Origin: a virus
Reading direction: 5' to 3' (one strand)
DNA: 64,000 bases
IMG/VR virus record: IMGVR_UViG_3300034093_003283
The position numbers were made by a program, and so were the translations under genes. Under the pieces are notes generated by a model. That model was not told where the DNA came from. It saw nothing but the letters and a program-made list of their open reading frames with translations, and made no database searches. This document shows positions 8,872-17,762 of the stretch, one piece after another. Numbering within the stretch: the first letter of the stretch is position 1; every line of letters begins with the position of its first letter.

Positions 8872-8958
8872 AATTTCGAAATTTCTTATTCCGGCCCAAG
8901 AATTTTCACCGGCACATCTCAGATTCCAAAAAACGCATTTACTTTTAGCTCATAAATA
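8871..8958 (+). repeat. Conserved non-coding element, copy 1, ending in late promoter CATAAATA
   Basis: 8871-8948 aligns without gaps to 30177-30254 (61/78 identical by hand count). Starts with the perfect palindrome AAATTTCGAAATTT. Confidence 0.85.
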
Positions 8959-8962
8959 AAAG

Positions 8963-9355
8963 ATGACAACTTTAAACAAAATATACTCAGACATAGACTT
9001 TACTTTCACCAAGAAGCCGGTGACAGGTGATGTTGCTTTAAGTTTTGATAATAAGGCTGTAATCCGTTCGATCCGAAATCTGTTGTCAACAAGAAAGTAT
9101 GAGAGACCATTCGATCCTGATTTGGGATCGAATATCGATGCACTTTTGTTTGAAAATTTTTCACCTCTTGTTGCGAGCTTAATTGAAAGAGAAGTTATTG
9201 ATACTATAAACAACTATGAGCCAAGAGCATTAGTGGATAGTGTTAAAGTTTCTGCAAATCCAGATTCCAATCAATATGATGTTACAATAACATTTTACAT
9301 AGAAAATGCAACATTACCGACAACAGTAACACTTCTTTTAGAGAGAAATAGATAA
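8963..9355 (+). CDS. gp25: Baseplate wedge subunit gp25
   Basis: YSDID..F...PVTGD, A...SIRNL..T...ERPF.P..GS....LFE, I.NYEPR. Confidence 0.95.
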   Translation: MTTLNKIYSDIDFTFTKKPVTGDVALSFDNKAVIRSIRNLLSTRKYERPFDPDLGSNIDALLFENFSPLVASLIEREVIDTINNYEPRALVDSVKVSANPDSNQYDVTITFYIENATLPTTVTLLLERNR

Positions 9356-9356
9356 G

Positions 9357-11435
9357 ATGGCTGCAAATACTGGTTTAAACATAACAGAACTAGATTTTAA
9401 TCAAATAAAAACTAGCCTGAAGAACTTTCTTCAGTCACAAGATACTTTAAAAGATTATAATTATGATGGTTCTGCACTTTCAACACTGTTGGACATTCTA
9501 GCATACAATACACAATATAATGCTTATTACTTGAACATGGTGGCCAATGAAACATTCTTGGACACCGCTTTACAGAGAGCATCTGTTGTTTCACATGCAA
9601 AAACATTGGATTATGTACCAAAATCTTCAATTGCACCAACAGCCACAATCAATTTGAAGGTCAATCAAGTTACTGATACATCATTGACATTACCTAAATT
9701 TACATCATTTTTGTCAGAATCTATCGATGGCATCAGTTATATGTTTGTTACAACCGAAAATACCACAGTTACGGTATTAAATAATACTGCAAACTTTGAT
9801 GGTGTAACATTGAAACAAGGTACACCAGTATCTTTGTCTTTCACCTACGATAGTACAACAAATTCAAAATCCATATTTCAAATACCTGAAATAAATGTGG
9901 ACACAACTACGTTAACAGTTTCGGTGCGTGAGTCATCTTCGAACAATTACTTTAACATCTACAATCACGGGAAAAATTATTTAACACTTTCCGGTTCTTC
10001 TTTGGTTTATTTCTTACAAGAGAATGTAAAAGGTTTTTATGATGTGAGCTTTGGTAATGGCATACTCGGTAAAAAATTAACCAACGGTAATATTGTTACA
10101 CTATCATATGTTGTAACAAATGGCTCGGCCTCTACCGCTGCAAACAATTTTGTGTTGATGGATTCAATCTCAGGTTATTCAAACACAAGAATTTTTCCAC
10201 TAACCTCTGCAACTCAAGGTGGTGATAGAGAATCAATAGAATCAATCAAGTTTCAAGCACCTAAGTCCTATTCTGCACAAGGTCGTGCAGTAACTAAAGA
10301 AGATTACATTACAGCAATCCAACAGAATAACCTTGGTTACTCCTTTGATTCGGTGAATGTTTGGGGTGGTCAAGAGAATGATCCACCGGTATATGGGCAA
10401 GTGTTCATTGCAATGAAACCATCTGGTGCATATATGTTGACAGAAAATCAAAAATCAAAATTGATTAAAGATGTTTTGAGACCTATATCAGTATTGACTG
10501 TGGAACCTACGATTGTTGATCCAGATTACACATATATTCAAATTACTGCAAATGTGTTGTATGATCCTAAGAAAACAAGATTAACTGCAAGTGAAATAAA
10601 AACAAATGTCAAAACTGCAATTAACAATTATGCAAAAACAACATTGAATAGTTTCAATTCGACATTTAGATCATCTGAATTTAATAATCAAATCAATTCA
10701 GTCGATTCTTCTATCATCACAAATGAAATATCAATACAATTACAGAAGAAATTTTATCCAAACCTATCAACACCAACAACATACAAGTTGTATTACGGTG
10801 CACCACTAAAACGTGGTTTATTTTTGAGTGGCATCACTAGTTTACCTTCTGTTGTGTATAGAAACCCATTAAATTTTGCATTATCAGTTGATGGGCTTTA
10901 CATTGAAGAAGTACCATCATCAACAGGTGGTGTGGAATCTATTACAATAACAAATCCTGGTTTTAGTTATCAAGGCCAACCAACAGTCACCATATTAGGT
11001 GATGGAACTGGTGCAACAGTCGAAGCCGTTATGACAAATAATGGTACAATAAAACAAATTAATGTTTTGACAAAAGGAACAGGATACACATCCGCCATAC
11101 TTAAAATTACTCCGGCCGCAGGAGATACTACAGGTTCATCAGGTGCAGGTATAATTACACTTGAAGGTCGTTATGGTATATTAAGATTATACTACAATGA
11201 TACAACAAATGTCAAGACTGTGTTCAAAGGTAATATTGGTATTGTGGATTACAATCTAGGTGTAGTCACACTAAATGCATTCTCACCACTTAATGTAAAT
11301 AATGATTTGGGATTATTAACTGTAACTACTAACCCAACAACAACAATTATTTCATCTACATATAATAGAGTTATCACTGTAGATGAATTTGATCCACAGT
11401 CTATTATTGTTAATGTTACTGCCAAATCAACATGA
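9357..11435 (+). CDS. gp6: Baseplate wedge subunit gp6
   Basis: ELDF..IK..L..FL..Q....DY.Y.GS.LS.LLD.LAYNT.YN.YY.NM..NE.FLDTA..R.SVVS.AK.L.Y.P.S; ESIESIK..AP..Y.AQ.RAVT..DY. Confidence 0.95.
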   Translation: MAANTGLNITELDFNQIKTSLKNFLQSQDTLKDYNYDGSALSTLLDILAYNTQYNAYYLNMVANETFLDTALQRASVVSHAKTLDYVPKSSIAPTATINLKVNQVTDTSLTLPKFTSFLSESIDGISYMFVTTENTTVTVLNNTANFDGVTLKQGTPVSLSFTYDSTTNSKSIFQIPEINVDTTTLTVSVRESSSNNYFNIYNHGKNYLTLSGSSLVYFLQENVKGFYDVSFGNGILGKKLTNGNIVTLSYVVTNGSASTAANNFVLMDSISGYSNTRIFPLTSATQGGDRESIESIKFQAPKSYSAQGRAVTKEDYITAIQQNNLGYSFDSVNVWGGQENDPPVYGQVFIAMKPSGAYMLTENQKSKLIKDVLRPISVLTVEPTIVDPDYTYIQITANVLYDPKKTRLTASEIKTNVKTAINNYAKTTLNSFNSTFRSSEFNNQINSVDSSIITNEISIQLQKKFYPNLSTPTTYKLYYGAPLKRGLFLSGITSLPSVVYRNPLNFALSVDGLYIEEVPSSTGGVESITITNPGFSYQGQPTVTILGDGTGATVEAVMTNNGTIKQINVLTKGTGYTSAILKITPAAGDTTGSSGAGIITLEGRYGILRLYYNDTTNVKTVFKGNIGIVDYNLGVVTLNAFSPLNVNNDLGLLTVTTNPTTTIISSTYNRVITVDEFDPQSIIVNVTAKST

Positions 11436-14400
11436 TAGACAACAATCAAAAAACATCCAATCTGGTTTTATCACAGTTACCCGAGTATGTTCGGGATAAT
11501 CCAGACTATGCCAACTTCAATCTATTCCTAAAGGCTTACTATGAATGGATGGAAACAACTGGTAAAGTAACAGATAGATCAAAAAACCTATTGAATTACA
11601 AAGATGTTGATGCAACAACGGAAGAATTCATAGACTATTTCAACAACGAATTCTTACCTTTCTTTCCTAGAGAATCTTTAGTAAGTCAAGAACAAGCTGT
11701 AAAAGTTGCAAGGCAATTATATCAAAGTAAAGGTACACCAGGATCATATGAATTCCTTTTTCGTGTATTATACAACACCGATGTTGAAATATTTAACACC
11801 AAAGATTCAGTGTTCAAGGCATCTGCCGGAACATGGTATATTTCAAAGAGTTTAAAACTATTATCGGCTAATCCTTATTTCTTACAAACAAAAAACTATA
11901 GAATTTTTGGTGAAGCTTCAAAATCTATTGCAACAATTGAAGCTGCGGTATTAGTTGGAAACAAAACAGAAATATTCATATCAAATATTGAAAGATTATT
12001 TAATTCTGGTGAAACTGTTAGAATTGTTGATTCAAATAATCAAGATGTTTTATTTGGTGGTAATGTTCTTAGTGCAAAAATTGTTGGCCAAATTAGTCAG
12101 ATTAAAATTAATCCAACAAGCCGTGGTTTGACATATCAACCTGGTGACCCCGTTGTTGTTTATGGTGGGTTAAACGCAAACGTTGCAAATCCAATTGGTG
12201 CAACAGCAAAAATTGGTGAGATTACAAAAGGTTCTATACAACGTATCAATGTGGTTAGTGGAGGTTATGGTTATTCTGAGAAACCAAATACTATTATTTT
12301 AATTGAAGATTCAGCTACAAGTGGTGCAAGAGCAAACGTTGCATCTATATCACCATATCTACCACCAACATTTAAAATAGTTAATGCGGGTAAAGGTTAC
12401 AAAATAAATGATACACTTGTATATGAAGAATCTACTTTTGCATATGTTTCCGAGGTTGATATAGAAGGTGCTATACTTAACATCAAGTATAGCACAACAG
12501 TAAATGCACAAGCGATTGTTGGTGTGACAGCATCAGTTTTTTCTTCAAATAATCAAGCTTCAGGTGCAATCATACAAACCGCCACAGCTGTTGGTAATGC
12601 AAGAGCAAACGTAGCTTTCATACCAATGGATGTTATTGGTTTTAAAAAGAATATTCAATTAAGTAATGCAAATTTCTTTTTTGCTAATGCTGCAACGTCT
12701 ACTAAAGATACAACTCTTGCAAATGCGTTCACTTTTGGATCAATAACAACATATCCTATATCTTCCATTTTTGTTGATAATGGTGGTGGTGGAATAACTA
12801 AGATTCCAGAAATAACTGCACTATCCACATATAGAACAGAAGATTCTTTTGATGAATTTGCTGTGAATTCTTCGTTACAATCTCTTGGTATATTAGGACC
12901 AATTCAAATCAGTAACGGTGGTTCTGGTTATCTAGTTAATGATAAAATTGTTTTCACTGGCGGCCGTGGTCGTGGTCCATATGCAAATGTTATAGGTGTA
13001 AATGCAAATGGAGCAATCACATCAATCGATTACTTTATTGATCCACAGTATCGTAAATATCCAAAATATCCATTAGGTGGAACAGGTTATGTTAATGAGT
13101 TTTTACCCGCATTATCGGTAGATTCTGCAAATGCACAAGCATTTGGCGCAAGTTTATTTGTTCCAGGTATTCTTGGCACTGGCGCAACCTTTTCTCCAGT
13201 TGTGGATAGAGCAGGTTCAATAACATCAATTGCAATTGAAAATTATGGTGAGGATTATGAATTCAAACCTAATGTGTCTATACGAATACAAGATATTGTG
13301 GTATCTAATGTTGCAATTGAAAATTTACCTCAAAAGGATGATGTAATATACCAAGGACCAACAATTAATCTTGCATCATATAGTGCAAAAGTTGATTCTG
13401 TTTCTATATTATCTGCGGATGCAAACTCACAACTATCATTATACAGTTTAAGAGTTTACAATTATAACTCTCAACCAAATCCAAAATTACCTTTGGTGAT
13501 TGATGGTAAATACATCAGCCTACCAATGGCCAACTCCACATTCCCACAATTTGTACAAACTTACAATTATTTTGATGCAGTTGGAAATCGAACAGTGTAT
13601 TCCAGAAATTATGACAAGTCTGGTGTTATAAGTTACGGTGATGGATCCGCAAAGGCCAATGCAACATTCTTAAATGGTCTTGTGATTGGTGATGGACAGT
13701 ATTTGACTTCACAAGGGCAACCAAGTTCATACGATGTATTGCAAAGTACTAAGTACAACAATTTCACATATCAAATTACACTTGAAAAAGAAATTTCAAA
13801 GTATAGAGAAGTGTTATTGAACCTATTACACCCAACTGGAACAAATGTAATTGGTCGTTATGCACTAAAATCAAACAACGAAGTTTTCCACCACGCACAA
13901 CAAGGTTTTGAAAGTGGTCAAAAACTATCTTATTATTTGGGTGAACACGTTTCTGATGCACTTAGTATCACCACAAGTTTTACCAATAAGAGTAACAATG
14001 TAATCAAATTTAACAATAAACTTGGTTCCAATCTTGCAGGATTTATTTTTCCTAATGTAAGTACAATTGAAATTAAGAATGATCGTGGTGTTAATATCAA
14101 ATCTTTGGTCATTGGTGTTGATAATACTGCAAATTCAATAACAATTGCAAGTAATGTTTGGTTAACATTTGGTAATGTGGCGGATGTCACTGGCACCTCT
14201 GGTACCAACACACTAAATATTACAGCATTGACTGGTCAATTTGATTATGAAAATGGTGGTGTTTATAGTAACACAAGTTATCCATTAAAAGATATTGTTT
14301 ACACTGGTGATTCTATCAAAGTAAACAATAATATATACACAGTTAAATCTGTGAATTATTCGGAAGATAAAATTGTTTTAACAACCAACTTATCATCCAA

Positions 14401-14569
14401 TGAAAACACTTTACTATCTGTTAAGAGAAACTTCATTGCAAATAGTACACCAGTATCAAATCAAATTAAAATATTTGGTCCTATTGGTGTACAATATGTA
14501 CCAGAAATTGCCACAGAAAATGATATCACATTAATAACAGAAGATGGTAGAACAATCCTATTGGGGTAA
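11432..14569 (+). CDS. gp7: Baseplate wedge initiator, gp7-like
   Basis: SQLPE.V...Y..F..FL.AYYEW, Y.SKGT..SY.FLFR.LY, LQ...Y.NF.Y, Y...L..LLHP.G. Follows gp6. Contains GGSGY-type repeat modules. Confidence 0.7.
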   Translation: MIDNNQKTSNLVLSQLPEYVRDNPDYANFNLFLKAYYEWMETTGKVTDRSKNLLNYKDVDATTEEFIDYFNNEFLPFFPRESLVSQEQAVKVARQLYQSKGTPGSYEFLFRVLYNTDVEIFNTKDSVFKASAGTWYISKSLKLLSANPYFLQTKNYRIFGEASKSIATIEAAVLVGNKTEIFISNIERLFNSGETVRIVDSNNQDVLFGGNVLSAKIVGQISQIKINPTSRGLTYQPGDPVVVYGGLNANVANPIGATAKIGEITKGSIQRINVVSGGYGYSEKPNTIILIEDSATSGARANVASISPYLPPTFKIVNAGKGYKINDTLVYEESTFAYVSEVDIEGAILNIKYSTTVNAQAIVGVTASVFSSNNQASGAIIQTATAVGNARANVAFIPMDVIGFKKNIQLSNANFFFANAATSTKDTTLANAFTFGSITTYPISSIFVDNGGGGITKIPEITALSTYRTEDSFDEFAVNSSLQSLGILGPIQISNGGSGYLVNDKIVFTGGRGRGPYANVIGVNANGAITSIDYFIDPQYRKYPKYPLGGTGYVNEFLPALSVDSANAQAFGASLFVPGILGTGATFSPVVDRAGSITSIAIENYGEDYEFKPNVSIRIQDIVVSNVAIENLPQKDDVIYQGPTINLASYSAKVDSVSILSADANSQLSLYSLRVYNYNSQPNPKLPLVIDGKYISLPMANSTFPQFVQTYNYFDAVGNRTVYSRNYDKSGVISYGDGSAKANATFLNGLVIGDGQYLTSQGQPSSYDVLQSTKYNNFTYQITLEKEISKYREVLLNLLHPTGTNVIGRYALKSNNEVFHHAQQGFESGQKLSYYLGEHVSDALSITTSFTNKSNNVIKFNNKLGSNLAGFIFPNVSTIEIKNDRGVNIKSLVIGVDNTANSITIASNVWLTFGNVADVTGTSGTNTLNITALTGQFDYENGGVYSNTSYPLKDIVYTGDSIKVNNNIYTVKSVNYSEDKIVLTTNLSSNENTLLSVKRNFIANSTPVSNQIKIFGPIGVQYVPEIATENDITLITEDGRTILLG

Positions 14570-14572
14570 ACA

Positions 14573-16375
14573 ATGTCAACAGTAAAAATTTCTCAATTAC
14601 CAATTCTAACACGTTTAGATAGTAACACATCCAACACAATATTGGTTGGTATTGATAACTTAACCAGTGTTACCAGTCAGTTTACAGCTAGAACATTGGC
14701 TGAAAGTCTCTATTCCAATACTGCACTGAATGTTGGTAATAACGCAATCATTCTACCAAATGTTATTGCACAGTTTGTTGGTAACAGTTCAGCATACTTA
14801 CAAACAAACTTGCAAAATAAAACACCTTCTGGTGCAGCTGACCATGTTATCACCGCTGATGTTGGTACGGATGAAAAAGATTATATTGACTTGGGTATAC
14901 ATGGTTCTACCAGCTCTGATGCAATATTCACTTCCATACTACCACTAGATGGTTACTTGTTTGTGCAAGGTAACACCGCAACATCGACAGGTGGTAATCT
15001 AATCATAGGTACAACAACCGCAGGTAGAACAGTTAACATTATTGCGGGTGGTCCAGGTTCCGACAAACTTCAAGTAAAAATTTCAACGGATGGTGTAAAT
15101 TTGGTTGCAAAACCATTGAAGTTTGCTGACGGATCTTCACAAAATACTTCTATGGATTCTGCCGGAACATTTGCAAACGGTGCATTTGTTAAAGCAAATT
15201 CTGGTTATACAACAGCAAACTCCGCTGGTCTATATGCCAACGGAGCATTTGGTGCTTCCAATTCTGCAAGTTCATATGCAAATAGTGGATTCAGTGCAGC
15301 GAATTCCGCAGGTTCATATGCGAACGGTGCTTTTGATGCCGCAAACTCGGCCAGTTCTTATGCTAATGGTGCATTTGGTTCTTCCAATTCAGCCAGTTTA
15401 TATGCCAACGGTGCATTTATACAAGCCAATGCTGTGTTTAGTCTTTCAAACAATCAAGTATGGCCACAAGCTAATGCTGCATTTGTATCCGCAAATTCTG
15501 GTTCACTATATGCGAATGCAGCTTTTATCCATGCTAATGCAGCCTTTGATCTTTCCAATAACCAAGTATGGCCTCAAGCTAATGCGGCTTTTGTAGCAGC
15601 AAATTCATCAGGTATATTTGCCAATAGTGCATTTATACGAGCTAATGCATCTTTTGGTGCAGCCAATTCTGCGAGTTTGTATGCCAACGGTGCATTTACG
15701 GCTGCAAACACAGCAACCTCAGCAGCACTATATGCCAACGGAGCATTTGGCGCAGCAAACTCAGCCGGTTCATATGCGAACAGTGCATTTGCCGTAGCAA
15801 ATACAGTCAGTTCAGCCAGTTTGTATGCCAACGGAGCATTTGGTGCAGCAAACTCTGCTGGTCAATATGCTAACTCAGCGTTTACAAAAGCAAACACCGC
15901 ATCGACTTTGGCTGGCACACAAGCGGGTCGTTTGGACATTATTGAACCAATTGCACAGGCAGCCTTTACAAATGCTGCAGCTGCGTTAGCAAATACAAGC
16001 GGCGCAGTTTTTGATGGTGATTTAATTGTTTCTGGAATCTTTTCTGCAAACAACGGATACACATTTAAACCAAGGCTGCCAGTAGGAAATCAAACAACAA
16101 TCACAATCAATTATGCAACAGATAGTATGATTAAGGCTAATTTGGTTGCAGACTTAACAGTTTCACATAGTAATTTTATAGCAGGTAAAGTTGTTGAACT
16201 ATGGTTGGTGAATTCTGATGGAACACAAAGAACAGTTACACACGGCCTTTCTGCATTAAATTCAACAACAAATTCCACAACATTCAACATACCGGCAACA
16301 AGTTGTGCTCATATAAGGTACTTTGTTGCTAACGGTGACCTTGCAAATACTTTCGTTAAAGTTTCAAAAGCATAA
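14573..16375 (+). CDS. Baseplate-associated fibre protein with Asn/Ala heptad coiled-coil stalk
   Basis: N-terminal MSTVKISQLP, central (AN.A..F/Y-ANGAF..) 7/14-aa repeats, small C-terminal beta domain. Inserted between gp7 and gp8. Confidence 0.65.
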   Translation: MSTVKISQLPILTRLDSNTSNTILVGIDNLTSVTSQFTARTLAESLYSNTALNVGNNAIILPNVIAQFVGNSSAYLQTNLQNKTPSGAADHVITADVGTDEKDYIDLGIHGSTSSDAIFTSILPLDGYLFVQGNTATSTGGNLIIGTTTAGRTVNIIAGGPGSDKLQVKISTDGVNLVAKPLKFADGSSQNTSMDSAGTFANGAFVKANSGYTTANSAGLYANGAFGASNSASSYANSGFSAANSAGSYANGAFDAANSASSYANGAFGSSNSASLYANGAFIQANAVFSLSNNQVWPQANAAFVSANSGSLYANAAFIHANAAFDLSNNQVWPQANAAFVAANSSGIFANSAFIRANASFGAANSASLYANGAFTAANTATSAALYANGAFGAANSAGSYANSAFAVANTVSSASLYANGAFGAANSAGQYANSAFTKANTASTLAGTQAGRLDIIEPIAQAAFTNAAAALANTSGAVFDGDLIVSGIFSANNGYTFKPRLPVGNQTTITINYATDSMIKANLVADLTVSHSNFIAGKVVELWLVNSDGTQRTVTHGLSALNSTTNSTTFNIPATSCAHIRYFVANGDLANTFVKVSKA

Positions 16376-16381
16376 TAAATA
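16374..16381 (+). promoter_or_regulatory. T4-type late promoter (AATAAATA) for gp8
   Basis: At the gene junction, 4 nt before ATG 16386. Confidence 0.6.
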
Positions 16382-16385
16382 AATC

Positions 16386-17753
16386 ATGGCAAATAAAAAT
16401 ATACTCACAAACGGTTCAAAGCTTTCTCAGATAGAACTGATGTATTATGCACCGGTGGCCGTGGTACCACCATATCTGACTGAACCTATCAATGTATTCT
16501 ATTGCTTTCTAGCAAAACCATTGCCTTGGGATGATAATATAAACCCACCTGTCCCTGCAACCGATTTGAAATCACTCAAAGCAGTGTATAGGAATATGTT
16601 TATTGTGAAGAAAATAAAAACAAATGATATATCACCAGTCATACAACGTATAGATTGGACTTCAGGAGTAATGTATAATTATTTCCAAGATGATGGTGAT
16701 ATGTTTGAAAAAGATCAAAATGGTTATATAACTTACATATTTTATGTGAAAAACAAATATGACCAAGTTTTCAAATGTTTGTGGAATAATAATGACCAGC
16801 CGTCAACTGTAGAACCATATTTTGAACCAGGCACTTACGCCGCAAACAAAATGTTTCAAGGTGTAGATGGTTATAAATGGAAATTTATGTACACCATTGA
16901 CACCGGGCTTAAACTCAAGTTTATGGACAAAGAATGGATGCCAGTTGCAGTTAGTTCAAACACTCCAAACCCGTTGGTTACAACGGCCGGTGCAGGTAGT
17001 ATAGATGTTATCAATGTGAATGATGGTGGTTCAGGATACGATCCTGGTAACTCCGTGGTGCAAGTGGTCATAACTGGTGATGGAACTGGTGCGGCCGCAA
17101 CCGCCAATGTACAAAACGGAATTATACATGATATTGTTGTTACCAATCCTGGTAGTAATTATAGCTATGCAAGTGCTGTTATTGAGTCTGGTTTTGGTGC
17201 CAATGCTGTACTAACACTTTCAACATCACCTGTTGGTGGCCACAGTTTTGATCCATTTTCTGAATTAGGTTGCGCTCATGTGATGTTAACTTGTGAGTTT
17301 GAGGGCACGGAAAATGGTTTATTGCCTACAGATATTGACTTCCACCAGTTGGGATTGATAATCAATCCAACGACAAGAGAATACAATCCATCATATGCAA
17401 ATGGTGTCGCATACAGTACAACAACAGATATTGTTGTTGCATCAGGTTCAGACATTGGTTTCCAAATGGATGAAATCATTTATCAAGGTGCTTCTAATAA
17501 TCCATCATTTACTGCAACTGTTTTGTATTTTAATCAATCTACCAACCTATTAAAGCTAATAAATACAAAAGGTGTTCCAGTAATTAATAGTCCTATTTTT
17601 GGACAAACATCAAATTCAACAAGAACTGTACTATCATATAATCTTCCAAATTTTGCAATATATTCTGGTCATTTGGCTTATATTGAAAATAGAACTGGTG
17701 TTCAAAGAAGTGATGACGGAATAGAACAACTCAAATTTGTATTAGGTTTCTAA
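16386..17753 (+). CDS. gp8: Baseplate wedge subunit gp8
   Basis: KKI...D...VI.R.DW..G..Y, FYV.N....VFKCL.N, STVEP, DGYKWKFMYTI, P.GGH..DP..EL, SG...YIENR..V.R.....EQ.K.VL.F. Confidence 0.9.
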   Translation: MANKNILTNGSKLSQIELMYYAPVAVVPPYLTEPINVFYCFLAKPLPWDDNINPPVPATDLKSLKAVYRNMFIVKKIKTNDISPVIQRIDWTSGVMYNYFQDDGDMFEKDQNGYITYIFYVKNKYDQVFKCLWNNNDQPSTVEPYFEPGTYAANKMFQGVDGYKWKFMYTIDTGLKLKFMDKEWMPVAVSSNTPNPLVTTAGAGSIDVINVNDGGSGYDPGNSVVQVVITGDGTGAAATANVQNGIIHDIVVTNPGSNYSYASAVIESGFGANAVLTLSTSPVGGHSFDPFSELGCAHVMLTCEFEGTENGLLPTDIDFHQLGLIINPTTREYNPSYANGVAYSTTTDIVVASGSDIGFQMDEIIYQGASNNPSFTATVLYFNQSTNLLKLINTKGVPVINSPIFGQTSNSTRTVLSYNLPNFAIYSGHLAYIENRTGVQRSDDGIEQLKFVLGF

Positions 17754-17762
17754 GGGAAAAAA

